A DNA stretch of 64,000 nt, taken from Lobosporangium transversale. Lineage: Eukaryota. Numbering within the stretch: the first letter of the stretch is position 1; the number at the start of each line of letters is the position of its first letter. The notes below the pieces were generated by a model that was not told where the DNA came from, made no database searches, and saw only the letters and a list, made by a program, of their open reading frames with translations. The stretch lies in assembly GCF_002105155.1 (NCBI RefSeq), contig NW_019028990.1, forward strand, positions 186,001 to 250,000. Reading direction: 5' to 3'. A program made the translations under genes and the position numbers. Below, one piece after another: positions 14,206 to 25,973 of the stretch.

Positions 14206-14808
14206 AAAAGGAGAAAAAAAAAATAAAAAAAATAAATAGTGTACTATATTATTTCTCTTTTGATTGCTGCTTTTTGAAACTATGCAGGAAGTAAGCTTGC
14301 TTACGCATTGATCATGGTAAAGTAGTTCGTGAGCCCAATTGAACAAGTTTGGAGTGGAGACATAAATGGCATTTCAAGACACACGTACTTTCCTGAGAGC
14401 AGGGAAAGGTTAACTGTGATGTCTTTTCAGGGAATAAAAAAAAAAGAAAAGAAAAAAAAAGTTTTATGTGTCACAAATATTGACCATCAAGGGGGTGGGG
14501 AAGAAGGATCTCAAGATGGGATAGACCTTTCTGATTTCTCTTTTCTGTTACCTCTCGTTTCTCCTTAACGGTATATATCGTCGGTATATCTTGTGGGCTA
14601 TCAATCCCATCAGAGATCTCCATGAGCTGGAAAACATTGCTGTGACATCATTGAGCAACGATCCGAGAAATTTTATACTCCTGGCGTTTCATCATTTTAT
14701 TTTCATGAGACAATGCAAATAAATGTGATGGGAGGGATCGGGGCAAGAAAATAAAACCTCAAAAGGGAAAATATTGCACGGCTGCGCTACGCTTTGGACT
14801 ACTGGAAT

Positions 14809-14848
<40 letters not shown>

Positions 14849-16287
14849 GCATACATGCATACATACAAGGAGTATGCGGCGACAGGGGGAAATATGCGCA
14901 ATCTATCTCCATCCTCCCTTATTTTATTTTATTTTATTTTTTTTTTTTTTTCCAGTAGCATCTTTCACTTTCAAGAACCAGAGCAAGGAGCTTGCCGATG
15001 AGGCGAGTTTACTTTCAAATGTTAAAGGTAGAATCGAACCCCTGGAGAAGGACGGAAAGAAGGAAAGAAGGAAAGAAGGAAAGCAGGAGAGTAAAAGGAG
15101 AAAGAGAGAGAGAGCGAGGCGAGGACCTGCTTCGAATAGATGACTATTGATCGGCCCAGGAATTTCATTCCTTCCTTCCTTCTTTGTGGCTAATTGACAA
15201 TATCAACAAACAAAATAATGACCTTGTACGAGAGAAAAAGAACCAAACAAACAACAAGGCAGCAAACACGCACTTTTAAAAGATGTATACAAAACCTTTG
15301 TCCATTCGTTCAGTTCATTGTCTCACATGGACGAAGACTAAGAAAGCGAGGTAGATGTTTTTCAATGTCAGTTCTCGTTGTCGAATGGCGTAGAAAGATA
15401 TACTCTTTCTCTGTACAACTGTCTACTGTATACAAAAAAAAAAAAAAAAAAAAAAAAACTCTTGTGTTCAGATTCTTTGGTGTGGATTCCACTCAGTTCG
15501 GCTCAGGTAACCGTACATTTCATCTTGTAAAGGTGGACATGATAACAATAATGTGGCAATACTGATGGGACATGGACTCATCTCTCATATGCTAAATAGC
15601 AATGCAACTTGAGCATTTGATAACTGATATCCATTTATTGAGATAATAAAAAAAAAATTGCTTTGGCTAATCTTTTCCCTCCTCCTTTCCATTCGATAGT
15701 TGTAAAGAAATGTCCAAATGGATAGTTTCATGGCGAATCGGCCACATAGTGAGTCTGCTTTGGACTCGTTTCTGCACGAGATGATAGTGATGATAATGAC
15801 ACAAGTACGTTGGAGTGTATATCCAACTCCCAATAAATGTAGGGATTAATGTAATTAAATAAAGCAAAATGACATTTGTTACATTTGTAATATTTGTAAT
15901 TCAGTAGATTAGAAATAGGGGGCTTGTTCAATGTCTCCGATTGAATGCTTTTTCTCTTTTTTGGTGTTTCGTCTTAATACAAAGAATGTTTCGTACCTTA
16001 CCGCATTTGATCGTGTGTATGCAGTCGTTGTAACTCATGGACTCCATCTTCCATTTAAATACTCTCACTCCTCCTCTCTTTTTTTTTTTTCTTTTTTTCT
16101 TTCAACTCATCCTTTTTTATTCACTTCAAGTACTTCGAACGGCTGTTGTTTCGATATTTTTCCTCCTCATCAAACAATCCAGCTTTCTCTACACGCACAT
16201 CCCACACCCGTTTTACACGGCATTGTACATACATACATATATATACTATCACTCTTTACTCTCACTCTCCACTCTTACAAAATCACC

Positions 16288-16935
16288 ATGAAACCAACCA
16301 GTCTTTTCTTCATCACTGCGCTCATCGGTGCCGCAATCATCAATAATAACGCAGCAGAGGCCTTGCCTATCTCCACTATTTTATCTTCCCCTTCACCTCA
16401 TCGTCATCATCATCACCATCACCTTGCTGAGGCATCAGCATCAGCATCAGCTCCCGAGCCCGTACCGGCTCCTGCACAAGTCTCACCCTTTGCAGGACGA
16501 ACACGACCCAGATCCTCAGCCTCGATCCCCAAACATCGTCGGGCCTCCAAAAAGATCAACAGGATCTTGACCCATGATCACCATCACTCCATTGCTCGCC
16601 GCGCTACTTCTTCTGTTGCCTCTTCTTCCTCTTCTTCACACTCTCAGCCTTCGATCAAGAAGCGTGCTTCGCACCAAGGACATGTTGTACTGGATGAAGA
16701 AGACGATGATGCCGGGAATGAATTGTTGGACACCGAGACCGAAGGCTTGGTTCGTCCAGATGATGATGATACTATTGAGGGTGAGATCATTGAGGAAGAA
16801 GGAGAAGAAGGAGATGGTCATCCTTTGATGGCCGAGGAGATCGAGAACGATATCGATCAGCTCATTGCTCGAGCCAACTTTATGAATCCTAGAAAAGCTA
16901 TTCGTATCTTCACCAAGTTGGTCCGTAAAGAGTGA
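16288..16935 (+). CDS. Intronless secreted low-complexity protein (215 aa), possible pro-peptide precursor
   Basis: Open frame from ATG 16288 in ACCATG context, signal-peptide-like MKPTSLFFITALIGAAI...AEA|LP, His tracts, dibasic sites, an acidic block and a basic C-terminus. GC-rich compared with the AT-rich flanks. Confidence 0.75.
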   Translation: MKPTSLFFITALIGAAIINNNAAEALPISTILSSPSPHRHHHHHHLAEASASASAPEPVPAPAQVSPFAGRTRPRSSASIPKHRRASKKINRILTHDHHHSIARRATSSVASSSSSSHSQPSIKKRASHQGHVVLDEEDDDAGNELLDTETEGLVRPDDDDTIEGEIIEEEGEEGDGHPLMAEEIENDIDQLIARANFMNPRKAIRIFTKLVRKE

Positions 16936-17713
16936 TGGTGAATGTAAAAAAAAAAAAACAAAAATGTATATATACTCTACTATCTTTTCTTCTCCCTCCA
17001 TTCCAGCATCATTCATTGATTGGTGTGTAATTACTCTCTTTTCACCCTTATTGCATATTGCATTTGAAATAAGTAGTGAAATGTCTACATATTGGTTTTC
17101 ATACTCTACATATATAACATCTCCAAAATTCCATCTGATTAGATGGACAATAGAGACATAGAACATTTATTCAGTAATAGACCTTAAACTCATTAGAAGC
17201 TGTAAAATATGAGAAATAAATAAAAACTTTAAAAAATTTTAATCCATATCTGTGGACTCAAATACTCCAATTGTTTGGAATTTGTCCATGTGAATGATAC
17301 TTCTTCATGTCTTCCTATTTGGCCTTCTCTCACATCGCATCAATCCTTTTTCGATACGCGTCCATGTGTCTAAAAATGTGTACCATCCCGAGACTTGGAA
17401 ATGTACCTCAAGACATTACGTGACGGGGGCCCAATAAAAGGGACCCTGCCTATCAAATATTTCAATGCTTTTGACATTTCATTATTTCGCCAATCGCTGC
17501 ACAAAGAAATTCAGACGAAAGTTCCAAGATACGCTGTGCACAGCAATCAGCTCTTTTGATGCTCTCTTCCTGGAGGTTGAACCTGCAACCTGAACATGCT
17601 GTATTTAGATCCGCTCTCCAAAGTTCTCTTTCCACGAGTGTCCGACTCATTCCCTTCGACTGGATTCTTAGAATTTCAGTCCCCCAGCTTTCAGGGAAGA
17701 TCACACCATGTTG

Positions 17714-17744
<31 letters not shown>

Positions 17745-17899
17745 CTTGATACGCCACAACATCCTGTCTTTCATGATCATTAATACATTAATACATATAT
17801 ATAAAAAAAATTCCTTTTATTCATTGGAGAGCGTATCCCACACACGAGCACGCACTGCCTGTTAGTAAATTCTTAGTCTTGTCATTGGTGCTTTCCACT

Positions 17900-18387
17900 C
17901 CACGACCTTGCTTAAATCCCACAAGGAAACTTCAAGGAAGTCTATTTAATATTTATATACATATAAACAGAGTCAGTGATAGGCTTGGTAAACAACATCA
18001 ATTGCTGTATAAAGAGTAATAGGATTTTACCTTGTGGAACTCCTTTGCCCTATCCCACAGGAGGACCTGAAGGAAGTCTTTATTAAAAAGTATAAACAGA
18101 ATCAGTAATAAGCTTGATGGACAATATTAATTGTTGCATAAAAAGGTTTTGAGGATGCTACCTTGTGGAACTCCTTTGCCCTATCCCACAGGAGAACTTG
18201 AAGGAAGTCTATTAAAAAAGTGATTTTCATTGAAGGTCCTTTCTTTACTATTTGAATGTATGCCGGCATTCCACCGGCGTTACCGGTATCCTTTCATCTT
18301 AAGTTCATATTTAATAAGTCCATTGAACACCGTCGAAGAGTAGACCATATCATCACTAATACCCACTGGGGGTATTTCACACCAGTG

Positions 18388-18424
<37 letters not shown>

Positions 18425-18464
18425 TTGTGGAACTCCATTGCCCTAATCCTGTTGGGAAGGAAAT
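17900..18464 (-). repeat. Tandem array of four related 41-47 nt units bounded by splice-like signals (exon-intron duplications)
   Basis: Units at 18464-18424, 18208-18162, 18077-18031 and from 17941 downward. On the minus strand each follows an AG, and the first three end in CCACAAG|GT. Three of the four upstream spacers carry CTGAC/CTGAT branch-like sites. Confidence 0.7.
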
Positions 18465-19329
18465 CTATAACGAAAACAAGGATGGGTCAGTCATAGGACG
18501 AGGTATACAGTATCAATTATTAAAGAAAATGTTTCAAGATATACCTTGGGGTGGCCTACACGGTACTACTCTTTATTAAAATAGTCTTTGCCGTGTGTAC
18601 TACAAGTAATAGTATAATGTTAACTTTTTTTTTTTTTTCTCTCTCAAGATTGTACATTCAACTTTATTAAGGACAGTTTAATGTCCTGGCTCAGAATCAG
18701 TGCCTTTGTTTTAACAACAAATTCATACTTTGGGATGTAGACCAGAATGAATGTGTGATCCGAATCTTTGACGCGGATCACACATTGTCTCTGTCAGATT
18801 TTAGGGATGAAGGAATAAGGAAGTAAGAGATTTTGAGTTTTTGAATAATTTTTTATTTTTTCTTTGAAACACAACGTGTAACGCGTCAGGCGTCAGGGCA
18901 AATGAGGAGAAAAAGCAGTACAGCCCTCTCTTCACAAAAGGATCTCTCCGCTCCTAATGTAAAGGTAGTGACATACACGAACCATTAAAAAAGAGTTGAT
19001 TATTAGGTTGAATAAAGGAAAATACAAACACATTTTAATATAGTGTCCCTCTGACCTCATTTTCTGTACTTGGATTTACGTGTATAATACTTATTTTTTT
19101 TTTTAAAAAATACACCTCTTAGTAGGATTGTTCATTGTCAGTACTTAATACAAATGAATGTTGTGGAAGTGCAGGGAAGAAGGAGAGGCAATATATTAAA
19201 CATTACTGTTGCGGATTAAATCATTTTTATTTCCTATTAGTAGTGCAAAACCCCATGTAATCCGAGCAATGCCATATTTGTATATACTTGGGTTGAGTAT
19301 CTCAAATAGAGCCACTTTTCACTTCAATA

Positions 19330-22300
19330 TTACAAGCCCAAAAATAAATTTTTATTTGTCTTGCGCACCTCTGAGAGTGCGAGAGCTCCTTCATTCCCAA
19401 TTGAGTTGCCGCTCAAGCCCAAGTATTTCAAAGCTTTGTTTGTCTTGAGTGCTTCCGAGAGTGCCAGAGCTCCTTCATTCCCAATTGAGTTGTCGTACAA
19501 GTCCAAGTTTGTCAAAGCTTTGTTTGTCTTGAGTGCTTCCGAGAGTGCCAGAGCTCCTTCATTCCCAATTGAGTTGTCGTACAAGTCCAAGTTTGTCAAA
19601 GCTTTGTTTGTCTTGAGTGCTTCCGAGAGTGCCAGAGCTCCTTCTTTCTCAATTGAGTTGTGGGACAAGTCCAAGTTTGTCAAAGCTTTGTTTGGCTTGA
19701 GTGCCTCTGATAGTGCCAGAGCTCCTTCCTTCCCAATTGAGTTGCCGCTCAAGCCCAAGTATTTCAAAGCTTTGTTTGTCTTGAGTGCTTCCGAGAGTGC
19801 CAGAGCTCCTTCTTTTTCAATTGAGTTGCAGGACAAGTCCAAGTTTGTCAAAGCTTTGTTTGTCTTGAGTGCTTCCGAGAGTGCCAGAGCTCCTTCATTC
19901 CCAATTGAGTTGTCGTACAAGTCCAAGTTTGTCAAAGCTTTGTTTGTCTTGAGTGCTTCCGAGAGTGCCAGAGCTCCTTCCTTCCCAATTGAGTTGTAGG
20001 ACAAGTTCAAGTTTGTCAAACCTTTGTTTGTCTTGAGTGCCTCTGATAGTGCCTGAGCTCCTTCATTCCCAATTGAGTTCCATCCAAAATCCAAGTTTGT
20101 CAAAGCCTTGTTTGTCTTGAGTGCCTCTGAGAGTGCCTGAGCTCCTTCTTTCTCAATTGAGTTGTTTCTCAAGTCCAAAGTTGTCAGAATCTTGTTTGTC
20201 TTGAGTGCCTCTGATAGTGCCTGAGCTCCTTCATTCCCAATTGAGTTGCCGCGCAAGCCCAAGTTTTTCAAAGCTTTGCTTGTCTTGAGTGCTTCCGAGA
20301 GTGCCAGAGCTCCTTCCTTCCCAATTGAGTTCCATCTAAAATCCAAGTTTGTCAAAGCTTTGTTTGTCTTGAGTGCTTCCGAGAGTGCCAGAGCTCCTTC
20401 TTTTTCAATTGAGTTGTCGTACAAGTCCAAGTTTGTCAAAGCTTTGTTTGTCTTGAGTGCTTCCGAGAGTGCCAGAGCTCCTTCTTTCTCAATTGAGTTG
20501 TGGGACAAGTTCAAGTTTGTCAAAGCTTTGTTTGTCTTGAGTGCCTCTGATAGTGCCTGAGCTCCTTCATTCCCAATAAAATTACTTTTCAAGTTCAAAG
20601 CTGTCAAAGCCTTGTTTGTCTTGAGTGCCTCTGAGAGTGCCATAACTCCTTGATCCCCAATTGCGTTGTCGTACAAGTCCAAGTTTGTCAAAGCCTTGTT
20701 TGTCTTGAGTGCCTCCGAGAGTGCCAGAGCTTCTTCCTTCCCAAAAATATTCCTTCCCAAGTCCAAGTTTGTCAAAGTCTTGTTTGTCTTGAGTGCCTCT
20801 GAGAGTGCCAGAACTCCGTCTATTCCAATTGAGTTGCCACATAAGTCCAAAGTAGTCAAGGCCACATCGGTCTTGAGTGAATCTACAAATATTCGGAAAT
20901 CGCTAGTTCCGATCTTCCGAAGCTTTATCTCAAAGGATAACTCATGAAGATGTGGCGGTTTTCCTCTTGGTAAATTCGAAAACTTAATCAGATCCGAAGA
21001 TAGTACAATACAGATTGACTTCATTCTGCGAAGTGATATGATGCGAACAAGCATCTCATATCGTGTGGATGCTGAAAGTAGTTTCCTTGTAGTACTTTCT
21101 TGAGACCTCCAAAGATCAAGTCGAAGAACCGATACATTCGATACTCTTAGAGCTTTCTCTAATGCTTCAAGGTCTGTCTGGGTCCAATCCCAGAATAATG
21201 TGATATCCATCTCGTACACATGTTTTGCATTGGTCAGAGCATTGTAGAATTCTCCTGCTGTGGTTCTGGATCTCAATTTGATAATGACTTTGCCAAGGTG
21301 CGAGTCATACTTGCCACCGTTCACCTCCACTACATTTTCAAGCGCTTTTTGTTCACTCTCCCTATATGTCGAGCGGTAATGGTCGACACAAACCCATCTG
21401 ATATGGCCTGTTTCCGTCGTAATCCTGTACAAATTGCCAAACTGCTTGTCTTCATCTTTGGTTTGAAGGAGTTTGCTCAGTTGACGAAGATCTGCTCCTT
21501 CAAGTACCTCAAAGTCATCGATTGTGTTGATGTTCTTCAGAGCCGGGTTTTCTTTAGAGAGCTGCTCCATATACTTAATGGAGTAAGCAATGCCGGCAGC
21601 GAGAAGATTTGGGACTGGTGTCAGAGAAGCACCTGAAGGTGTTCCCATTCCCAACTTCAACCATTGCAAAAGGATGATCATGTACTTTCCATACTTTTGA
21701 AAGAACTCTGTGCTGCTTCGGATCTCATATCCTTCGTGTCTGGCAAGATGGAGTTGATCCTGAAAGCTCTTATCTGCCTTTGCGGTGTAATCCCCATGTT
21801 CGCATAAGAAATGAAGATGGATCTTGTTCCTCAGGATATTCATTGGATCCCACTTGGTACGATCGACAGGTAAAATGATAAACAGTCGAGGAATTGGATA
21901 CTCGTGCAGCTCAAAGTTCTGGACAAGGATAGCTTCAGCTTTCTTTTGAAGGATGGCAAGTCTGTCGAGTGCTTGTTGCTGCAGGTTAAGAGTCTTCTTC
22001 TGCATTTCAAGCATTTCGTCGTCCTTCTCCTTGGCCTCCAACTGCAGTCTATTCACCTCCAACTGCAGTTCAAACATCTTGGCTTGAATTCCAAGTATGT
22101 TGTCTTGTAGTGTAAGCATCTTGTCATCTTTCTCTCTGGCCTCCAACAGCAGCCCCCTAAGTTCTTCAAAATGTGAGCTAAAATTCTCGTTGTTATGAAG
22201 AGTAAGCGATGAGTTGGCAGGTTGAACAAAGTTTGATAATGACAAAAGAAGATTTTGGAATTCTGGATTTTTCGACTCTCTCAATGTCGGCAAATGGACG

Positions 22301-22717
22301 GCAGCATTGCTACTGCTGCTGCTATTGCTGTTGTTGTTGCTGTTGCAGGGCTGTGGCACTTCTGTAATGACGTCCAGGATCTTGTCAGGATAGAATGTAA
22401 TACGCGGGGGCTCGATTCTAATAGGACAAAAAAAAGACGCGTCAAATTGGGTTCCCTCAGTTTTCTATCCATGAGCAATTGACAAGGTACCAATGATAAA
22501 ACAATATACTGTACCTGTTACCATCGGCATCTGAAAGGAATGGGATGGGATGCTCATTCAGCTTGAAGCGCAGTGCATCCGGAAACACATCTCGAATGTC
22601 TTGCAAATGCACAAAGCATGGCGGGCAGTCATTGGTTGCATTGGTAGAAGCAGTTTTAACACAAACTTCTTCAACGATGTTGCCCTTTCGGAATCGTTGG
22701 TATTGAAGTTCTGCCAT
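19330..22717 (-). CDS. Large RI-type leucine-rich-repeat protein (about 1096 aa): N-terminal module, coiled coil, conserved central domain, 18 LRRs; exons 22717-22515, 22417-19330
   Basis: A 1009-aa ORF is joined in frame through a GT-AG intron to an upstream exon MAELQYQRFR...DADGNR|IEPPRI. It carries 28-aa LxxLxLxxNxI repeats. No Walker A motif was seen. Confidence 0.9.
19360..20871 (-). repeat. Coding minisatellite: 18 x 84-bp LRR units with very high internal identity
   Basis: Exact 84-bp period. The stretches 19441-19524, 19525-19608 and 19861-19944 are identical at the nucleotide level. Confidence 0.97.
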
Positions 22718-24889
22718 CTCGGTGCTGATTCGAAGGATGAGGGAGGAATGTTGACAAGATGCAAAGACCCCTCCTTCTTTTCTCTGAGCAACAGTTGCAT
22801 GCACGCAGTCGACCTTTTTCTTTTTATTTTTCAGCTTCGCCACTTGTGGTCCACAGAGTCCACTGGCTATACTTTCATCCAAGAGTACTGCCCTTTTGTG
22901 TCTATCGGTTGAAGGCGTGGTGGCATTGTTGTGGATGGAAGTGCTCTTGAATGGCGGTGTAGAGATATGATACCAGACCTTACAATGGTTGCAGACATGA
23001 TTGAGATAATCAGTGTAGAACTCAACACACATAAAAGCGCACCTTAACGTGAACAACAAAATATCAGCGCATTACACTTCTTCAAAAGACCGCCAAATCC
23101 GAAATCGTTACTGGAGAGCCTTCACCGCACCGTGTACCACCCGCCATTCTCAATGACCAAATCAAACTTATTCACAGCCATATGCGCTCATTCGTATGAC
23201 TCTATATGGAGGCGCTTACATGGTTTAGAGAGTACATGGTTATTGTGGCGAGCCATTGAAACGCAGCATATCATGGCCACTTGGGACGGCTTCTTTTAAA
23301 AGCCTTGTTCCAGTGGAAGCACTTAATGTAGACTCAATATATTCTTCAATTTATTTCTACAAGGCGGCAATCATCTCGACCATGGCCCACAGATCTGTCA
23401 TCAACTGTGTAGCAGCAGCCATGGGAGAGAACCATAGTATGTTCTATGTAACTGCGAGAACTGACAAGGCTCTGGTAAACTATGTTTCAAGGCGTTCTAA
23501 CAGCTCCTTCTTCATCTTCTTCTTCTTTTCAGTTTAAAGTGCATTGAGCATTTTGACCAAGGGATGATTCAAAAGTTACTAAAGTACAGTGATTGTGAAA
23601 TGGCTACACTTTACACCCAAATGCTGCTCAATACTCTAGCTATTCTCACCCTTCCAAAGGTTTGCCTCCAGGAGGACAATATGGTCAATATGTTAGTTAT
23701 GATGTGGCGCACGAAAAGGGGATTCATGAGAAGTTCGAACGCTGCATATCGTTCAAAAGCCCGTGAATCCTTCTCTTTTTTGTTGCGGTTCACTATAAAA
23801 CTGTGGAACTTCCTATACATTAAGCTGTCCAAGTTGAGATGGTATTTTCGATTAAAGAAATGGTCTTTAAGCTAGCCACAAGAGCAATGCTAATATGGAA
23901 TCAGAGAATGATATCAACCTGAACAGGATGCCATCTTGGTCCAGTGCCTGCTTAAACTGCACCTATTTTTTTCTTTTGGAATATCGAACGACATAACCAT
24001 TCGGCACGGCTGGTATTAGTGGACGAGCGGGTACCTTAATCTCCAGTCAAGTTGAGATATTCAGGTCCAACAAAGATCTTCGAGAATCATGTGCCTTCAT
24101 AGTATTCTGGTGAAGGGTTTTTTATCGTTTGAAGGAATACAGAGGAAGAGATCATTACTATCTGGGATGTCTGATGGAATAAGGTCTATAGTATTGAAGG
24201 CTAGCGACCAGGATTTGGCCTAGACACAAGCGATGTATGATTTGAGAATGAGGCTACATATAGCATAAACATTTTCTCTTCTACGAAGCGACAATCTTTA
24301 ATGGTCAACCTATTCAAAATCGCTCAGGAGGATCGACTTAGATCTTGGAGATAGAAGGGAAAGTGAAAATTCGTGTAGTATTCAATCCAACCAAAGACAA
24401 GTTGAATTTGCAGGCTGTAGACAACAGCTTTCTATTCATGTAAGTGGGAAGAAAGGGTTGTACATGTCCCTTTCTGTTGCCGCCTTTATTTTTATTACTT
24501 TTCAGAATTCTATTTCGAATACTTTTATTAATATTCTTCTTAAGCATTCAAATATGCTCATTTAAAACATTTTTTCTTTATGGAGGTTTTTTGAGTGAAT
24601 TAAATGATCCCGACAAAAGAGCTTGATATTAGGGGCAGAGAATTCCTCTAAATGTGCCCATACCCTCCAACCTTTGGTAAAATAACCAAACCTTAATGAT
24701 ATGTCCTCGCTATCCACGGAGTATCTAAACCACTCTGCTTGGAAATAGGCATTTGGATGATTGAATAAACCATGAGTGTTATGAATAATGTGATTCATGA
24801 ATACATATTTTAACCCCTTCATACATACAGAGCCAGGCCCAATCCAAGAGGATAGAAGAGTCTGGTGGAGAGATGGTGACTGGTAACAG

Positions 24890-25620
24890 TATCGATTCTC
24901 TCTCCCACAGGCCTTCGATTGGTGAAATGACCCAATGCAGGCATTATAAAGCATTCTTATGGCTTGAAGAGTGCCTTAAAGATTCTGGCAGCTGTGTAAC
25001 CAGACTTCTTGCTCTGATGTGGGAATGGAAAATTACGCTTCTGAACTTCGCCCAATTCCCCAGCTACTTGGCCTCATTAGTGGCAACTCTAATGAAAGCC
25101 ATCATTTCCAGTCCCACATCAGGAAGTACAGCCCTCCGCTTTTGTATTTCGATGAGCACCAACTACGACCATGAACTTGTGGATGCTACGGGCGATGTAT
25201 ATTTATTCCAGATTAACGGAGCAGCAGTACACAGGATCGGGCCTTTACTGGCTTCAGACAACCAGCCAGCACAGATCTACTACTTTGACCATGAGGATCT
25301 CTATAGGCGAAGTCTTACCGGAGCACATCTGATCCACCTCAAAGGGACCAGCTTCGCCGTTGATAATAGTTGGATTGTGTCATACAACCTTTATTTATGA
25401 ACGAAATACAACGCTCATGTGAATGTGGAGATTTGTTCATCAACCACATCAGTGTATTTATACAAGTGTGTGCAGAAAGAACAAGATCAGGCAAGAGTGA
25501 TCGTAGCTTCGCGATGAGATCAAGGAATACTGAGATGCACGCTATATTTCTGCGTGTGACTCGATATGGAGAATCTTCGCGTCCAAGATGTTTGACCTAT
25601 CACACGCTCACAAATGTTCA
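24890..25620 (+). mobile_element. Degenerate, internally deleted Helitron RepHel fragment
   Basis: Broken frames give IGEMTQCRHYKAFLWLEE, HIRKY, FQINGAAVHRIGPLL...AQIYYFD, VDNSWIVSYNLYL*TKYNAHVNVEICSS..SVYLYK and DEIKEY*DARYISACDSIWRIF. These are typical Helitron Rep-region motifs, with stops and frameshifts. Confidence 0.85.
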
Positions 25621-25639
25621 CTGATCATAGACTAGCAAA

Positions 25640-25973
25640 AGTAATGAATGTTAACGTCTTGATCTGATCCGTGGCAATAAGTTCGCGCCACGTTATGAGG
25701 GACTTTATATCGTTGTGAACAAAAGTCCTCATGGTTCTTATATTCTTAAAGATGGTACAGGCACGATCTTGGTCAGCCCAACTAAAGCTTGTGCTTGACG
25801 ATTTTGAAGACACTAACGCATACGAAGTAAAAAAAATAGTTGATCATCGACAGAGTATCACACCTCTGCATAAATATGAATATGTTGTGAAATGGAAGAA
25901 CTTTTCTCATGATGAGAATACATGGGAGCCTGAAGAAAACGTTATTGAACGGCAATGCATTACTAATTACTAG
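25640..25973 (+). mobile_element. Ty3/Gypsy chromovirus remnant: integrase C-terminal GPY/F-like module plus chromodomain
   Basis: KFAPRYEGLYIVVNKSPHGSYILKD is followed after a frameshift by YEVKKIVDHR...YEYVVKWKNFSHDENTWEPEEN. Confidence 0.8.

Noticed and set aside
15931..16287. Upstream extension of the 334-aa ORF
   Set aside because: It is AT-rich, UTR-like sequence. The signal peptide and Kozak context point to ATG 16288.
17900..18464. Repeat-spacer pattern resembling a CRISPR array
   Set aside because: The context is eukaryotic with no cas genes. Spacer lengths are irregular (84-215 nt), two spacers are homologous to each other, and they look like introns.
19361..20947. Plus-strand ORFs with repeated SASESARAPSF units
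   Set aside because: These are antisense shadows of the LRR array.
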